Assembly (NCBI GenBank): GCA_013265495.1
Contig: MU058198.1
Location: forward strand, 1-64,000
Direction of reading: 5' to 3'
Source: Vicugna vicugna
Lineage: Eukaryota
Length of the DNA: 64,000 nucleotides
In this document: piece after piece, positions 26,598-41,084 of the stretch
Position numbering within the stretch: the first letter of the stretch is position 1
Layout: each line of letters opens with the position of its first letter
Notes under the pieces: generated by a model
Database searches by the model: none
What the model was told of the DNA's origin: nothing
What the model saw: only the letters and a program-made list of their open reading frames with translations
Position numbers and translations under genes: made by a program

Positions 26598-26964
26598 CTG
26601 CCTTTGCAGTCCTATGGATTCTATATTAAAAAACATAACTCTGAAATGGGGCCCAGGCACAAAAAAGATTAAGGACCAGGCTCTGGAGCCCATGCTCTGA
26701 TCACCTGGCTGGGAATAGCTCTCATCTTAGACCGAAGGTGAGTTACCCGGGCCCAGTACTGCCGGCTGCCCCCTTCAAGGGCAGGGACAGTGAAGCCCAC
26801 TGTGGGAGAGTGGCCAGGCAGACCCACTGGGAGGTAGTCTGGGTCCCAGCTCAGCGCCTTCGCAGCTGTACCACACTGCCACCTAAGGACGCAAAGCATT
26901 TCAGTCCTGCCGCTGCCCAGATGTATGTGCTGCAGTGACTTGTATTCACTGGTTCATGCAAAAC

Positions 26965-27488
26965 AATCATTACTCACTCACACACTGCCAGGGAGGATCT
27001 TTGGGCCAGGAATTCAGACAAGGTAACAGTGGGGATGTTCCATGATGTCTGGAGCTCCAGCTGAGAAATCTAAAGGGTTGGGTATGACTAGGTGGCCATC
27101 TGGAATCATCTGGAGGCAGCCTCACTCACATCTGGTGGTTGATGCTGGCTGTCAACCCCTGAGCTATTGTCCAGAACACTGACAGGAGCCTCTCCATGAA
27201 GTCTCTCCACGTGGGCTAATCTGGGCTGCCTCACAGGCTGGGACTGGGCCCCAAGAGAAGACAGGAGTGTGTGGTGACTTTATGATTTTATTCTAGCTTC
27301 AGGAGTCACATAGCATCACTTCTGCTGCATTCTTTGGATGGAAGCAGTCACAAAGGTACACCCGAATTCAAGGGGACAGGACCTAAGTCCCAGCCCTCAG
27401 TGGGAGGAGGGTCAAGATCACCTTGTGAAAAAGAGCCTGTGGGATGAGACATTGTTGCTGTCATCTTTGGGAGATGCAGTCTGCCACA
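26965..27488 (-). mobile_element. Old MLT1 LTR
   Basis: CAGGAATTCAGAC...GGAGTCACATAGCATCACTTCTGCTGCATTCT...TCTGCCACA motifs. Confidence 0.65.
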
Positions 27489-28164
27489 CCAACCTAACCC
27501 TTGGGGTGAAAGGGATGGTGTTGTCAGAGAGGACTTCCTGGACAAAATGATAGCCAAGCTGAGGCTTAAAGGACAACCAGGAGTTGGCCTGGAAAAGGAC
27601 AATCTCATTTCACACCAAGGAAACAAAGTCCTAGGGCAAAGTCCTAGAGTTTAACAATGTAGGAATATGTACATAGCATACTCAGTCATGAGCTGGGCTG
27701 GAGGAAACGGTGAAAGATGAGGCTGAGAAGGAGGTAGAGGCCAGATGGTGAGGGATCTCTTAGGCCATGTTCAGGATTTTGGTCCTGATGCTCAAGACAA
27801 TGGGAGCCATTGAAGTGTGTTGAGCAGGTGTGTTGGGCATCACATTGTGTCCTCTGGGGTGGGGGATGAATAAGAGGAAGCAGAGAGGCGAGAGGTGACA
27901 GTGGCAGCGAAGGTGGGGAGAAGTGGACAGAGCCAGCAGATGCTTTGGAAGCAAAACTGATGGATTTGGTGACAGATTCTATGTGAGGAGTAAAGAGTCC
28001 AAGAATATGTCCCTTCAATGAGGCAGCTTCTAGGCCTCTGGGGTCCAGGTCTGGTGGACTAATCCCAGGTCTGCATCCCTCCACAATTTCCCTGGTCCCA
28101 CACCCTTTGGATCAAGAAAACTCTGGCTAAAGATGGAATCTTCCAGCAGCTGCTGCTGCTGATT

Positions 28165-28571
28165 GTGGTGATGATGGTGGTGATGGTGATGGTGGTGGTG
28201 ATGGTGGTGATGGTGATGGTGATGGTGGTGGTGATGGTGATGGTGATGGTGATAGTGGTGGTGGTTATAGCGGTGATGGTGGTGGTGGTGGTGGTGATGG
28301 TGGTGGTGGTGATGGTGGTGATGGTGATGGTGATGGTGGTGGTGATGGTGATGGTGATGGTGATAGTGGTGGTGGTTATAGCGGTGATGGTGGTGGTGGT
28401 GGTGGTGATGGTGGTGGTGGTGATGGTGGTGATGGTGATGATGGTGATGATGGTGATAGTGGTGCAACAGTGATGGTGGTGATGATGATGGTGATGGTGA
28501 TAGTGGTAGTGGTGGTGGTGGTGGTGATACTGGTGATGATGGTGATGATGATTATAATGGTGGTTGTGATG
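28165..28571 (+). repeat. Compound (GGT/GAT)n trinucleotide repeat, ~400 bp
   Basis: Directly visible; it generates the spurious poly-His and poly-Val/Met ORFs. Confidence 0.97.
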
Positions 28572-30675
28572 GACCTTCTTGTTGTTGTGTTGGAGTTTTG
28601 GTTTTCTTTTCTTTTTTATGCTTTCTCCAACATCTAATCTCTTCCTCTGTTACCCTGGTGGCTCCCCTGGGAGGGCCCCATTTTGAAGAGCTTGGGCTCT
28701 AACCTGCTTCAACTGAATTTTAAGACCCTATTCCGGAGAATATCACACTTACGTGGTGACTTCCAGCCCCGCTCTGCAGATTACTGTTTCCTCTGCAAAG
28801 TCTGTATTCATCTCTGTTTTAAAAAGAAAAACCTTATCACCTGGTTTCCAGCTGAAATAGGAATTTGCTGGTACTTTCCAACTTCTAACCAAAATCTGGA
28901 ACTTCCTGTGGTCCCAGCTGAGCACCACCTCCCTTCTGCCACCTACCTCTTCTGCCGCTTTTACAGGCCGGCTGATGGGTGCCCATGATATAGGCCTTCT
29001 TGTTGTCAGCTCCTCCTTCCTCCAGTGTTGGGCCTGCATCTCAATTTAGGGGTGTTCCCTGCCACTTCCTGACCCCAAAGCCCCATGGGATCCAGCACCA
29101 GATACAGCCCCACCCGACAAGCTCCTCTCCCTGTGCCCACCCTCCCCCACCTCCCTTCTTCTAGGATAGGTGTGTGGGGCTGGATGGATCCTGCCCTGAA
29201 AAGAACCCAGCACCAGGTCAGAATCTCCACCAGGGTTTGAATTTCAGCTCTGATTCAATTAGCTGTGTGGTCTCGGGCAAATCACTTCACCTCTCTGAGC
29301 CTGCTTTTTCAAACCACTACTCTGCATTCATGACTGGGACTCCTATTTGATATTCCATTAGGCCATGAAAGGCCTCCTCAGTTCTCTAAGTCAGACCACA
29401 AAACTCCTCAATTCCCTAGATTTCAGATGGGGAGAAATAAACAGTCTTGACCTGTTTCACTCTGCCTTGTTGAAAGAGGGTTCCTAACAGGTTCCAGCGC
29501 CAGCAGGCAGGGCCCCTTAACACAGGATCTCACTCAAGTAACTGATAAGGAGAGGAGCAAAGTGATACTGTCGTTAGGACTCCTGGTCCTAAACCAGCCT
29601 GCCTCGGGGCCCCAAGAGAAGAGAGTACATTTGCCTGAGGCCTTAGACCTCTTATGTGTCACCCAGTCCAGCCAGGTGGCGCTAGAAAGCCTTCCTTCCA
29701 CAGGAGGCCAGGAGCTGGCCAAGCAGAGAGAGAAGTGGCACACAGGCCAGCTGGTGCCCGGGCTTGGAGGTCAGAGCGTAGCTGCCTCCCAAGAGGTGGA
29801 CCCATTCCCAAGGCTGCAGATCCCCGCTAGTCAGCATGACGGACTCCTGAATCTGTGCCTGACCCCGACCCTCCCCTGCAGGCCAGACGCAGGCCCGTGG
29901 ATCTCTCACTCGGCATCACAAACTCAAAGTGGAAAAGCCAACTCTTCGTGTCCTTCCCCCCCATGCTGTTTTATCTCCCTGACTTTTCCACCTTCTCCGG
30001 CCAAATTTCTGACTTCAGAGCCCGTGCATTCTATCATCCCATGTGAGTTTCCAGCAGGCCAGCCAGTACCCCAGCTTCAAAGAATCCCCAGCCCTCCAGG
30101 GATAGGGCTGGGATAGTGGACAGCGGACGGAGAAGGGCGTGGTGCACCTGCTGCAAACTGGCCAAGGGGAGGAGGCGAGCGGGGGTGGGCAAAGTGTGAG
30201 CAACGGGAGCAATGAGGGGGCCTCCCATATGAGAGGCCTTCTCAGAGTTGGCTCAACTCACAGAGGCTGAGTGTCAATTGTCAGTGAATTTTTGTGGTTA
30301 TTAGTGTTAAAAAAATTTCTTTTAAACAGAGGCTGTGATGTGCTGCAGGTCAGAGGCATCCTACAGACAGAGCCCTCAGGGCAGGAAAGCCAGGAGTCAG
30401 CAGAAATCCTAGAGAGGCCTTGGGTCTCAGAAACCAGATAGAGGCAGGGGTAGAAGGAGAGACATCTGGGGAAATCTTACTAAGATCACAAGATCTCAGA
30501 TAACATTGGTTTACATTAAGAAGTGAAGGGGCAGGATACCATAATAATAGAAATAGAGTAATAATATTAGAAATGCTAGTAATAGGGGCACTACAGACAG
30601 GCCCAAAGATGTTTACAATCAGTAAAAAATTAAAAGCAACCTTGACACTCAGTGAAAGGTAGTACCAGTTATTCT

Positions 30676-30990
30676 CATGTGTATGCATATGTGTGTATAA
30701 ACCATACATATTAGTGTGTATATATGTATATACATGTAAATATCAGCATGTATGATATAAACTAGTGTATAGATGTATATGATATATATCAGCATGTATG
30801 TGTATATACATGTGAATATACATGTGCACGTATGTCAGCATATATATCAGTGTGTATACACGTATGGATGTGTATACACACATATTTGCATGTATCTGAC
30901 CATGTATGATATGTCAGTGCGTATCTGTGTGTATGGCATATATTGGTGTGTGCATATACTGGTATGTAAACCTGTGTGTCAGCATACATA
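30676..30990. repeat. Degenerate purine-pyrimidine alternating (TG/TA/CA) low-complexity tract
   Basis: Runs of TGTATA/TACATG with a recurring ATATCAGCATGTATG. Confidence 0.8.
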
Positions 30991-33570
30991 ATATTTACTA
31001 ATAGAGTAATATCTCCATCTTGTTTAGAAACACTTAGAAACACTTTTTTCACTGAACCTAGAATAGAAACAAATCATCAAATTCAAACTTCTGAGGTTCC
31101 TGAGGTTTCTCACCAGCCTGGGGGATTCCTTCAGGTTCAAGGCTTGACCAGACTTTGCAGAAGGGGTGGACTGGCTGGTGCTTCCCTCTGACACAGAGAG
31201 GATACTGAGTCCCCACTCGATGACCACAGGGTTCAGCAGTGTCTTCAGCTCCTGTGAAGGGGGGTGGGGCAGAGGGAAAGGGAAGAAGCACAGACTGGGT
31301 GCCAGCACCTAAGCCTCGCCGCCATAGATCTGTGAGGTACACAGTTTATTATCCCATTTTACAGATGGGGAAACAAGCCCAGAAGGCAAAGGGGTGAGCC
31401 ACAGGGTTGAAAAAAAAAAAAAAAGATGGTTCTAAGTTAGGAGCCAGCTCAGTGAGGACAGGGACTGCCTGTGTCTGTCTCGTTCACTGCAGCATCTCCA
31501 GAGCCTAGAACAGGTGCTCAGAAACATCTGTTGCATGGATGGATGGATGCATGGACGGGCGGATGGACTGGGTGCACCAACTACTCCTATCCTTCAAACC
31601 TCAAACCAATAATCTTGCTTCAAGGCCAGAGGGCGCCCACTCTCCTTTCTTCTCCCTCCTGCATCCTCCTCTCTCCCAGACCTGGTAAACGCTCTGCCCC
31701 AGCATCACACACGCCCTCTCTCCAGCTGGTCTTGAGTTCTGCAAGGGATATTTCAGGACATTTGTGGTCATGTGCTGCCACCTACGGGGAGTCCTGAGCT
31801 ACTGCAGAGAGGAGCCCTGTTTGACTCAGATCTTATGTTACGCAGAAAGGAAAACTGAAGCACAAAAGGGCATTTGGCAAGGACTTGGTAAAGGCCACAG
31901 TAAATCGAGGGCTGGTTTAGGTTTAGAATCTTTTGTCAAAGGAGGAAAACATTGGGCTAGTTCAGAGATGTTCAGTCAGGTAGAGCAGGAGAGGGCAGGG
32001 GGAGGGGACAACTACGGGTAGGAAGGAGCTCTCTGTCTTATTTCACTTCAAAACAACCCTGCAAGGAGTGTGTCCAGGTAGCACTGTTACTTAAAAAAAG
32101 GAAAGAGAATCTGTGAAGGCAATTTGGAAAGTCCCAGAACAAAAGAGCTGAATAAACAGGACTTAGAAAACAGGAACCAGGACAGCTCAGAAGATCCCAG
32201 GCGGAGGGACTCAAGAGCCCTCTTGGGGGTTCCATCCCCTGCCGCAGAGGTGTCTCTACATAAAAGGCAAACCCCTGCAATGGACTGTCCAGGCAGCCTG
32301 ATTACGTGGCCACCTAATACGCTGGGCCCAGGGCTGGCAGACCAGAACTGCAAAGTGTCAGGTAGAAGTCATTGCCTCAAGGAAGGGATGCTGAACCCGA
32401 AAGCAGCAGTTGTCCCCATCTTGCAGGTGAGGACACTCAGTCTCAGCTTTGATAGGGGTGGTGTTGTTAGACAGGTTTTTGTAGGTTGCAAGGAAAAGAA
32501 ACATTCTCAGGTTTCATTACAAGATGGGGGAAAGCAAAGCCTTAGCCACCCAGCCAGCCTCCTAGAGGCTGGAACAGTTTTGGTTTACAGCAAACAGCAG
32601 CTCTGTAAATCGGGGGGACGCCCTTGGAAGACCCTCCGCAGGGGCACCCTAGCCAGGCACACTCGGGCTCCGCCATCATGGTGACTCAGCACCTCTGGGT
32701 CTTGGCCTATTCCTCTGCTGTCCTTACTCTCCTCTGTCAGTTTCTGCTGACTCACAGTTCTTGTTAATTCATGGCTCCTACTCACCCATCGCTTATATTG
32801 ACTCAAGGCTTCTACTTAGAACTTTCCTTCTGTGTGACTCTCTGCTTCTGCCCCGATACTGACACTAATCCTTTCTCCATGTCTTATACTCAAAATCTGC
32901 AGAAGGATCTGAAGTGTTCAGTTGGTCCCCAGTATCCCTGTGGCTTGAATTTCTCACACTGAGCTGCCTCACAATCTTCTGATCAGCCTAGATATTACCT
33001 GTCCATAAGTGGCGTTCCACTCCTGTCCAAACAGTTGTATCCTGGGTCCCAAGTTGCAAAGTGGATAACTCAGAACAGAGAACCCCTCTGAAGGGGTTTT
33101 GGGCATGGAGCGTATGCAGATTGTTAAAGCCAGCTTGTACATGGCAGGACCAGGATTCGAGCCCAGGATTTCTGGTTCCAAGTCTTCCCCTCCTGATTAC
33201 ACAGGCTGTCCTGCCCTCTGCAATCAGGAAACAGTAATAACCAACATTGACTGAGCCTTATATGCCAAGCACCATTCTGGCTTTACACTGATGATCTCAA
33301 TCCTGACTTCGATCGTCTTTAATTGTGCCCATTTCACAGAAAAGAAAACTCATTTATAAAGATTAAATAACAGGCTCAAAGTTATACACCTAGGAAGTGG
33401 CAAAAAGTGACCTGAACTCAGGCCTGTTTGAGTTTGTAAAGGAGAAAGAAAAGGAATACAGAGAGACTTTTGCTGGTAGAAAGCTATAAATCACCTAGAT
33501 TTGCACCTTCCACTTTCATTTGCACTAACCAAATGTGGCTACTGAGTACTTGATATGTGTCTAGTCCAAA

Positions 33571-36500
33571 GTACCTTTTCCAACCACAGTTGTAAATGGG
33601 AAAGCTGGAATATTCACAAATATGTGGAAATTAAACAACACTCCTAAGCAATCAATGGATCAAAAAAACCAAAAGGAAAATCAAAAAAATCTTGAAGCAA
33701 ACAAAAATGAAAACACAACATATTAAAACTTATAGGATGCAGCAAAAGTAGTTCTAATTAAATGCCTACATTAAGAAAACTGAACATCAAATAAAAAACC
33801 TAGCTTTACACCTCAAGAAACTAGAAAAAGAATAAACTAAACCCAATGTTAGCAGAAAGAAGGAAATAACAAGGATCAGAGCAGAGATAAATGAAACACA
33901 GGTTATAAAAACTATAGAAAAGATCAATGAAAACTAAAAGTAGGTTTTTAGGAAAGATAAACAAGTTTAGCAAACATTTTACCTGGACTAAAGAGTGAAA
34001 GGAGACTCAAATAATAAAATTGGAAATGAAAGAGAAGACATTACAACTGATACCACAGGAATACAAAGGATCAAAGTAGTCTTCTGAACATTTATATGCC
34101 AACAAACTGGGTAACTGAGAAGAAATAGATAAATTCCTAGAAACATTCAACCTACCAAGACTAAATCATAAAGAAATAGAAAATCTAAACAGATCTATAA
34201 TTAGTAAGGAGATTGATCAGTAAATCAAAAATATCCCAACAAAGAAAAAACTAGGACCAGATGGCTTCAATAGTTCCACCAAGCATCTAAAGAATTGACA
34301 CCAATCCTCCTCAAACTCTTCCAAAAAAAACTGAAGAAAAAGGAACACTTCTAAACTCATTTTACTAGGCCAGCATTACCCTGATAAGAAGGCCAGATGA
34401 GCACACTACAAGAAAAGAAACTTATACAGCATTATCCCTGATGAGCGTAGATGCAAAAATCCTCAGTGAAATACAAGCAAACCAAATTCAGCAGCACATT
34501 ATAAGGGTCACATGCCATGATCAAGTGGGATTTACCTGTGGCCTGTAAGGATGGTTCAACATACACAAGTCAATCAATGAGATACACTACATTAACAGAA
34601 TGAAGCATAAAAATCATATGGTCATCTCAATAGGTGTAGAAAAAGCATTCAACATTCTTTCATGATTAAAAACTCTCAGCAGATTAGGTGTAGAAGGAAT
34701 ATATGCCAACAATATAAAGGCTATAAATGACAAGCTCACAGATTACATTATACTCAATAGTGAAAAGCAAAAGCTTTTCCTCTAAGATCAAAAACAAGAC
34801 AAAGATGCCCATTCTCACCACTCCTACCCAAAATAGTACTGGGAGTTGCAGACAGAGCAATTAGACAAGAAAAAGAAATAAAAATCACCCAGATCAGAAG
34901 AAGTTAAATTATCTCTGTTTGCAGATAACAGAATATTATGTATAGAAAACCCTAAAGACTCCACCAAAAGAACTGTTAGAACTAATACACAAATTCAGTA
35001 AAGTTGCAGGATACAAAATCAACATGCGAAAATTAGTTGCATCCTATACACTAACAACAAACTATCTGAAAGAGAAATTAAGAAAGCAATGGCATTTACT
35101 AGAACATCAAAAATAATAACTCAAGATTAAATTTAACCAAGGAGGTGAAAGACTGGTTTACTGAAAACTATAAGACAGTGAAAGAAATTGAAGAAGATAC
35201 AAATAAATGAAAAGGTAAGAATATGAAAATGAATATATGTATGTTCACGTTTGACTGAAGCATTATGCTATACACCAGAAATTGACACATTGTAAATAGA
35301 CTATATTTCAATAAAAAATATATATATACAGAAAAAAAAAGGTATCCCATGTTCATAGATTGGAAGAAGTAACATTGTTAAAATGTCCACACCTTCCAAA
35401 ATAATCAACAGATTCAACACAACCCCATCAAAATTCCAAAGACAATTTTCATAGAAATAATGAGAAAAAAAAAAAGAAACATAAAATTTGTAGAGAACCA
35501 CAAAAGATCTTGAATAGCCAAAGCAATCTTGAGAAAGAAGAACAAAGCTGGAGATATTGCACTTCTTAATTTCAAACTCTATTACAAAGCCATAGTAATC
35601 AAAACAGTATGATACTGGTATTAAAAACAAACATACAGAACAATGGAACAGAATAGGGCGTCTACATATATAGTCAACTAATCTTGGACAATGGCACCAA
35701 GAAAGGATAATAAATGGTTCTGGTGTCTCATAAATGGTTTTGGGGAAACTGGACAGCCACATGCAGAATAAAATTGGGCCCCTATCTTACACCACTCACA
35801 AAAACTAACTTGGAATGGATTAAAGACTTAAATGTAAGACCTGAAATGGTAAAACTCCTAAAAGAAAACATACGGGAAAATCTCCTTGCCATGGTCTTGG
35901 CAATGATTTTTCTGGATATGACACCAAAACACAGGCAACAAAAGCAAAAAGAAACATCAAACTAAAGAGCTTCTGCATACCAAAGGAAACAATGAACAAA
36001 TGAAAAAGCAATCTACAGAATGGGAGAAAATCTTTGAAAACCATCTATCCGATATATTCCTCATATATATAAGGAATTCATACAACTCAATGGCAAAAAA
36101 AAACAAAACTGATTAAAAAATGGACTAAGGATCTGAAGAGACATTTTTCCAAAGAACATACAAATGGCCAACAGGTACATGAAAAGGTGCTCAAAATTAC
36201 CAATCATCAGGGAAAAGAAAATTAAAACCAGAATGAGCTAACCTCGTACCTGTTAGGATGGCTATTATCAAAGAGAAGAGAGAACAAATGTTGGCGAGAA
36301 AGTGGAGGAAGGAAACCCTTATACACTGTGAGAATGTAAATTGGTGCAGCCACTATGAAAAACAGGGTGGAAGTTCCTCAAAAAATTAAAACTAGAACTA
36401 CCATATGATCCAGCAATCCCACTTCTGGGTATATATTCAAAGGAAAGTAAGTCAGTATCCAGAAGAGACAGCTACACTTCCATATTTGTTGCAGCATTAA

Positions 36501-36712
36501 TCACGACAGCCAAGATACAGAAACAATCTAAGTGTCCATCAATGGATAAATGGATAAAGAAAATGTGGTATGTATGTATATAATGGCATATTATTCAGCC
36601 ATTAAAAAGAAGGAAATCCTGCCATCTGCAACAACACGAATGAACCTGGAGGGCATTAGGTCCTAATTAAATAATCCAAACAAAAAGACAAATACTGCAT
36701 GTTACATTTAGA
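33571..36712 (+). mobile_element. L1 (L1MA-like) ORF2 and 3' remnant, ~3.1 kb, decayed
   Basis: A-rich, ORF2-derived sequence (GATGCAAAAATCCTC, TCTCTGTTTGCAGAT, CCAGCAATCCCACTTCTGGGTATAT) with many stops and frameshifts; a younger L1 3' end is nested at ~35218-35336 (TSD AAAAGGTA). Confidence 0.92.
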
Positions 36713-38984
36713 AAACACACACACACACAGAATTCACCCCTGGCTTGAAAGGCCAAAGTCTCCCAAACTCCCTCTTAGAAGCTCCCAGCCCATCAATGAA
36801 GGAATTTATCTTCGTGCACAGACAGATGGGGACAGTAAGAAGGATCAACTACTCAGAGAATCCAGACACCCTCCACCAAGGAAAATCCCACTTGTAAAAA
36901 TTGGAGGATTCTTTAGCTGTGAAAGTTGCTTAATAATTGAATAGGAAACTTATTTTGATTCCCAAGGGGAAAAGCCAGACAAAAAGGAATGCAAATTCCC
37001 ATTCACCAGGAGCCAAACAAGCAGAAAACACGAATCACAAGATTCTTTCCCTCACACCAGACTCACGTTCTATCTCATGGGAAAGAAAAAAGAAAATCAA
37101 ATTCTCTGACATCTGGATTTGCTCTAACAAGCAGACTAGGGAGGCAGCTGCCCACATTTTCCCAGTACCTACACTGAGGTCCCTTGGAATCACCCACCGA
37201 GGACCAGCCACAGCCTGTGTTTTCTCCTGTGAACCTCTTGGATCCTTTGAAGGCTAATGGGAGAGGCTAGCTCATGACCAGGAAGTCAGACACCTGTGAG
37301 ACCAGTGCCCAGTGGGGATGGCAGAGAGCGGGGTCAAGTCACCCAGCCCACTCGGCTGGGGTAAAACAAGGGAAGGCTTGAGCAAATTTTACCTTCCACA
37401 TGGCACAGAGGATTTTGTATTTGTTCTTAGTAAAGATTCACCAGTTCAACAGATAGTTGCAAAATGATGTTTCCAACTCCCCTTTAAAAGTAGCTGTTTA
37501 CACAAGCACACCTGACATTAGGGAGTTGGAGAAAGCCCCCGCGTATACGTTTGGATTCTGATACTGGTAACAGCAGCGGTGAGGATTTTCTGAACACATA
37601 CCCTGTGCCAGACACTGGACTAAGCTCTTAATGTGTTCACCCATTTAACCCTCGTGACAAGCCCATGACGCCAGTGCAGTGGTTATGACAGAGGCCAGGG
37701 TCTGAGGCTGCCTCCTCCAGCTGTATGACCAAGTGACTTGACCGTTTCCTCATCCATACAGTGCGTATAACAGCTGTACCGACCTTGTAATACTAAGAGG
37801 GAAATTAAATGAGTTATGGCATGAACAGTGTCCGGAACACAGCAGGCACAGTACAAGTACGGCTGCCATCACCATCGTCCATCTTCGCAGATGATACAAC
37901 GGAAGCTCAAAGGCAGGAAGGCTAAGCCCCACCCCCACAGTCCATTCTACCGTCAACCTCACGGTCAAGCCCCTGTCCTCCCCTACACTCCCTGCACACA
38001 GCGGCTGGATTACGCTCTATAAGCCCCTGTCCTTTCGACGCCTCAGGAAGCAGGGACACCATGTCTTCTCTCTGCTTTGGGAGCGATCATGCTGGAACCT
38101 CAGCTGGGCCCCCACCCACCCATCCACAACACCACCTTCTAGGCTGGAACCACGCACTCGTCGGAGCTCTCCCTGGTTCCTCCTCACCACACTGCGCGCT
38201 TTTCTAAGAGGATACAGAAATACAACCCCAGCCAGACCAGCCCATGTTGTTACCGTAACAGCCAGAGAACGCATGAAGCAGTGGTTCCTCAGTGTCACTG
38301 CACATGTGTACGTTTAGTGTAAACACATCCCATCCTCAAGGCCCCAAAACAGGCCTATATTTTTAGGAAGGCAAGGAGACAGGAGAAGGACTATCTGGTA
38401 ATTCAAGACTATTTTGGTTCACTTTTCCTTTATGCCAGTCCTCCAATTCCTCTCCATAGAAGAAAATAGAAAAGAAATTTTGGCCATTAGAAAGAACTTA
38501 CACAACATAAGAGAATTCATTTACTCAAAAAACATTTCTTGAGGACCTTCTACGTGCCAGGCACCAGGCCAAGTTCAGGACTTCACCTCTGCTGAGAGTA
38601 GTTTCTGCCCAGCTAAAGCAATCCTTGAAATACTTACAACAGAGACTTACTGTTATCTGAGGATTTGCTATCCACGTACTGTAACGGTAACTCATCACCT
38701 CACTGGCCTAGGGCCCTGCTGGCTCCCAGAGGTCCACACTTCCCACAGTGCTCCTAAGTACCCGTGGGAGTCCCCACATGGTGCCTTACATATGGTCACA
38801 AGTCAGTCCTGCCCCATCAGGAAGCACCTGCCCCCTGAGGGGCTGCTTCCAACGCCCTGGGGACCTCCTGTGTCAGAGACCCGCGGCAGCCTGGGAGACT
38901 GGGGGAGGATGAGTCCTTCCTCTGGTGTCTTATGCTCTGTGAGAGGGCATCCAAGTAGGGCTTACAAATTGTGGTTACCATCTT

Positions 38985-39113
38985 TTTTAAAAATGGGTTT
39001 TCTTTTTTTGCAGGGGGGTGGGGGGAGGCACTGGGAGGTAATTAGGTTTATTTATTTTTAGAGGAGGTACTAGGGATTGAACCCAGGACCTCGTGCATGC
39101 TAAGCATGCGCTA
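38985..39113 (-). mobile_element. Vic-1 type SINE, 5' truncated
   Basis: GGGATTGAACCCAGGACCTCGTGCATGCTAAGCATGCGC plus AGGTAATTAGGTTTATTTATTT 3' region. Confidence 0.8.
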
Positions 39114-39114
39114 A

Positions 39115-41080
39115 TACCTTCCTCCCAAATTAAGCATTTTAAAGTGCATACACAATTTGGTGACATTAAGCACATTCATAGAGTTGTGAAACCATCACCT
39201 CTACCTAATTCCAAAACATTTTCATTATCCCAAAACGAAATCCCACACCCATTAAGCAGACAGTTTCATTCTGCCCTCTTCCCAGGCCCTGGCAACCAGT
39301 AGTCTGTCTTCTGTCTCTATGGACTTACCTATACTGAATATTTCACATAAATGGAATAATACAATATGTGACCTTTTGTGTCTGGCTTCTTTCACTTAGC
39401 ATAATGTTTTTGAGGTTCATCCACATCACAGGATGTATTAGTATGTCATTCCTTCTTATAGCTGAATGATACTCCATTTTATGGAAAGACCACATTTGGA
39501 TTATTCGTTCATCATGCGACGGACATCTGAGTTGTTCCCATATTTTGGCTCTGTAGTGAATAGCGCTGCTATGAACATTTGTGCAAATGTTTTTGTTTGA
39601 ACATGTTTTCAATTCTTTTGGGTTTATACCTCAGTGAATTGCTGGGTCATGTGGTAATTCTGTGTTCAACTTACTGAGCAACTGCCAAACTGTTTTCCAC
39701 AATGGCTGCACCATTTTACATTCCCATTAGCAATGTCTGAGGGTTCCAATTTCTCTACATTCTCACCAACACGTTATTTTTTACCTTTTGATTATAGCCA
39801 TCCTATCTTTTTTTAATTTAATTAATTTTTTCATGTGATTGTGGGTTTTTTTGCTTTTTTATTGAAGTACAGTCAGTTACAATGTGTCAATTTCTGGTGC
39901 ACAGCACAATGTCCCAGTCATGCACATATATACATACATTCTTTTTAACATTCTTTTTCATTAAAGGTTATTACAAGATATTGAACATAGTTCCCTGTGC
40001 TATACAGAAGAAACTTTTTAAAAAATCTGTTCTTATATGTAGTGGTTAACATTTGTAAATCTCAAACTCCCAAATGTATCCCTTCCCACCCCCTTTCCCC
40101 AATAACCGTAACATTGTTTACTATGTCTGCAAGTTTTTCTGCTCTGTAGATGGGTTCATAGTGTCCTTTTTTTTTTCTTTTTTTTGATTCCACATGAGTG
40201 ATATCATATGGTATTTTTCTTTCTCTTTCTGGCTTTCTTCACTTAGAATGACAATCTCTAGTTCCATCCATATTGCTGCAAATGGTATTACTTTATTGTT
40301 TATGAGTCAGTAGTATTCCTGTGTATAAATACACCATAACTTCTTTATCCAGTCAGTCATCTGTCGATAGACATTTAGGCTGCTTCCATGTCTTGACTAT
40401 TGTATATAGTGCCCTACAGCCATCCTATTGAGTGTGACATGATATCTGGTTGTGGTTTTGACTGGCATTTCCCTTACAATTAATGATGTTGAGTATCTTT
40501 TCATGTGCTTGTTGGCCATTTGTGTATCTCCTTTGGAGAAATGTCTATTCACATCCTCTGCCCACTTTTTAATTACCTTGTCTTTTGTTCTTGAGATATA
40601 AAAGTCCATTATATATTCTAGATACTGGACCCTAATCAGATACATGATTTGCAATGGTTTCTCCCATTCTGTCAGTTGTCTTCCTTTTCTTGATGGTATC
40701 TTTTGATGCATAAAAGTTTTTAACTTTGACATAGTCCAATTTATCTACTTTTTAGTTTCTCATGCTTTTGGTGTCATATCTAAAAATCCATTGGCAAATC
40801 CAAGGTCATGAAATTTTACCCCTATGTTTTCTTCTAAGTTTTACAGTTTCAGCTCTTTGATCCATTTTGAATTAATTTTAGTATATGGTGTGAGGCAGTG
40901 GTCCAACTTCATTCCTTTGCATGTGAGTATCTAGCTGTCCTGGCACTAATTGTTGAAGAAACTGTTCTTTCTCCATTAAATGGTCTTAGCTTCCTTGCCA
41001 AAAATTAACTGACCATAGATGTATATGTTTATTTCTAGACTGTCATCCTATTCTATTCTGATCTATTATGTTTGTGTTTA
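39115..41080 (-). mobile_element. L1MB-type 3' portion containing a nested younger L1 3' fragment (39807-40414)
   Basis: Minus-strand L1 3'UTR/ORF2-end motifs; nested insert bounded by TA(T/C)AGCCATCCTAT at 39793-39806 and 40415-40428. Confidence 0.85.
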
Positions 41081-41084
41081 TTCC

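Noticed and set aside
28030..28473. Poly-His (145 aa) and poly-Val/Met (102 aa) ORFs
   Set aside because: These are translations of a trinucleotide repeat, with no promoter or splice context.
29562..32684. Longest unexplained ORFs (184 aa at 29562-30116, 186 aa at 32124-32684)
   Set aside because: Non-ATG starts, no recognisable domain, partial overlap with repeat remnants; lengths are compatible with chance in moderately GC-rich DNA.
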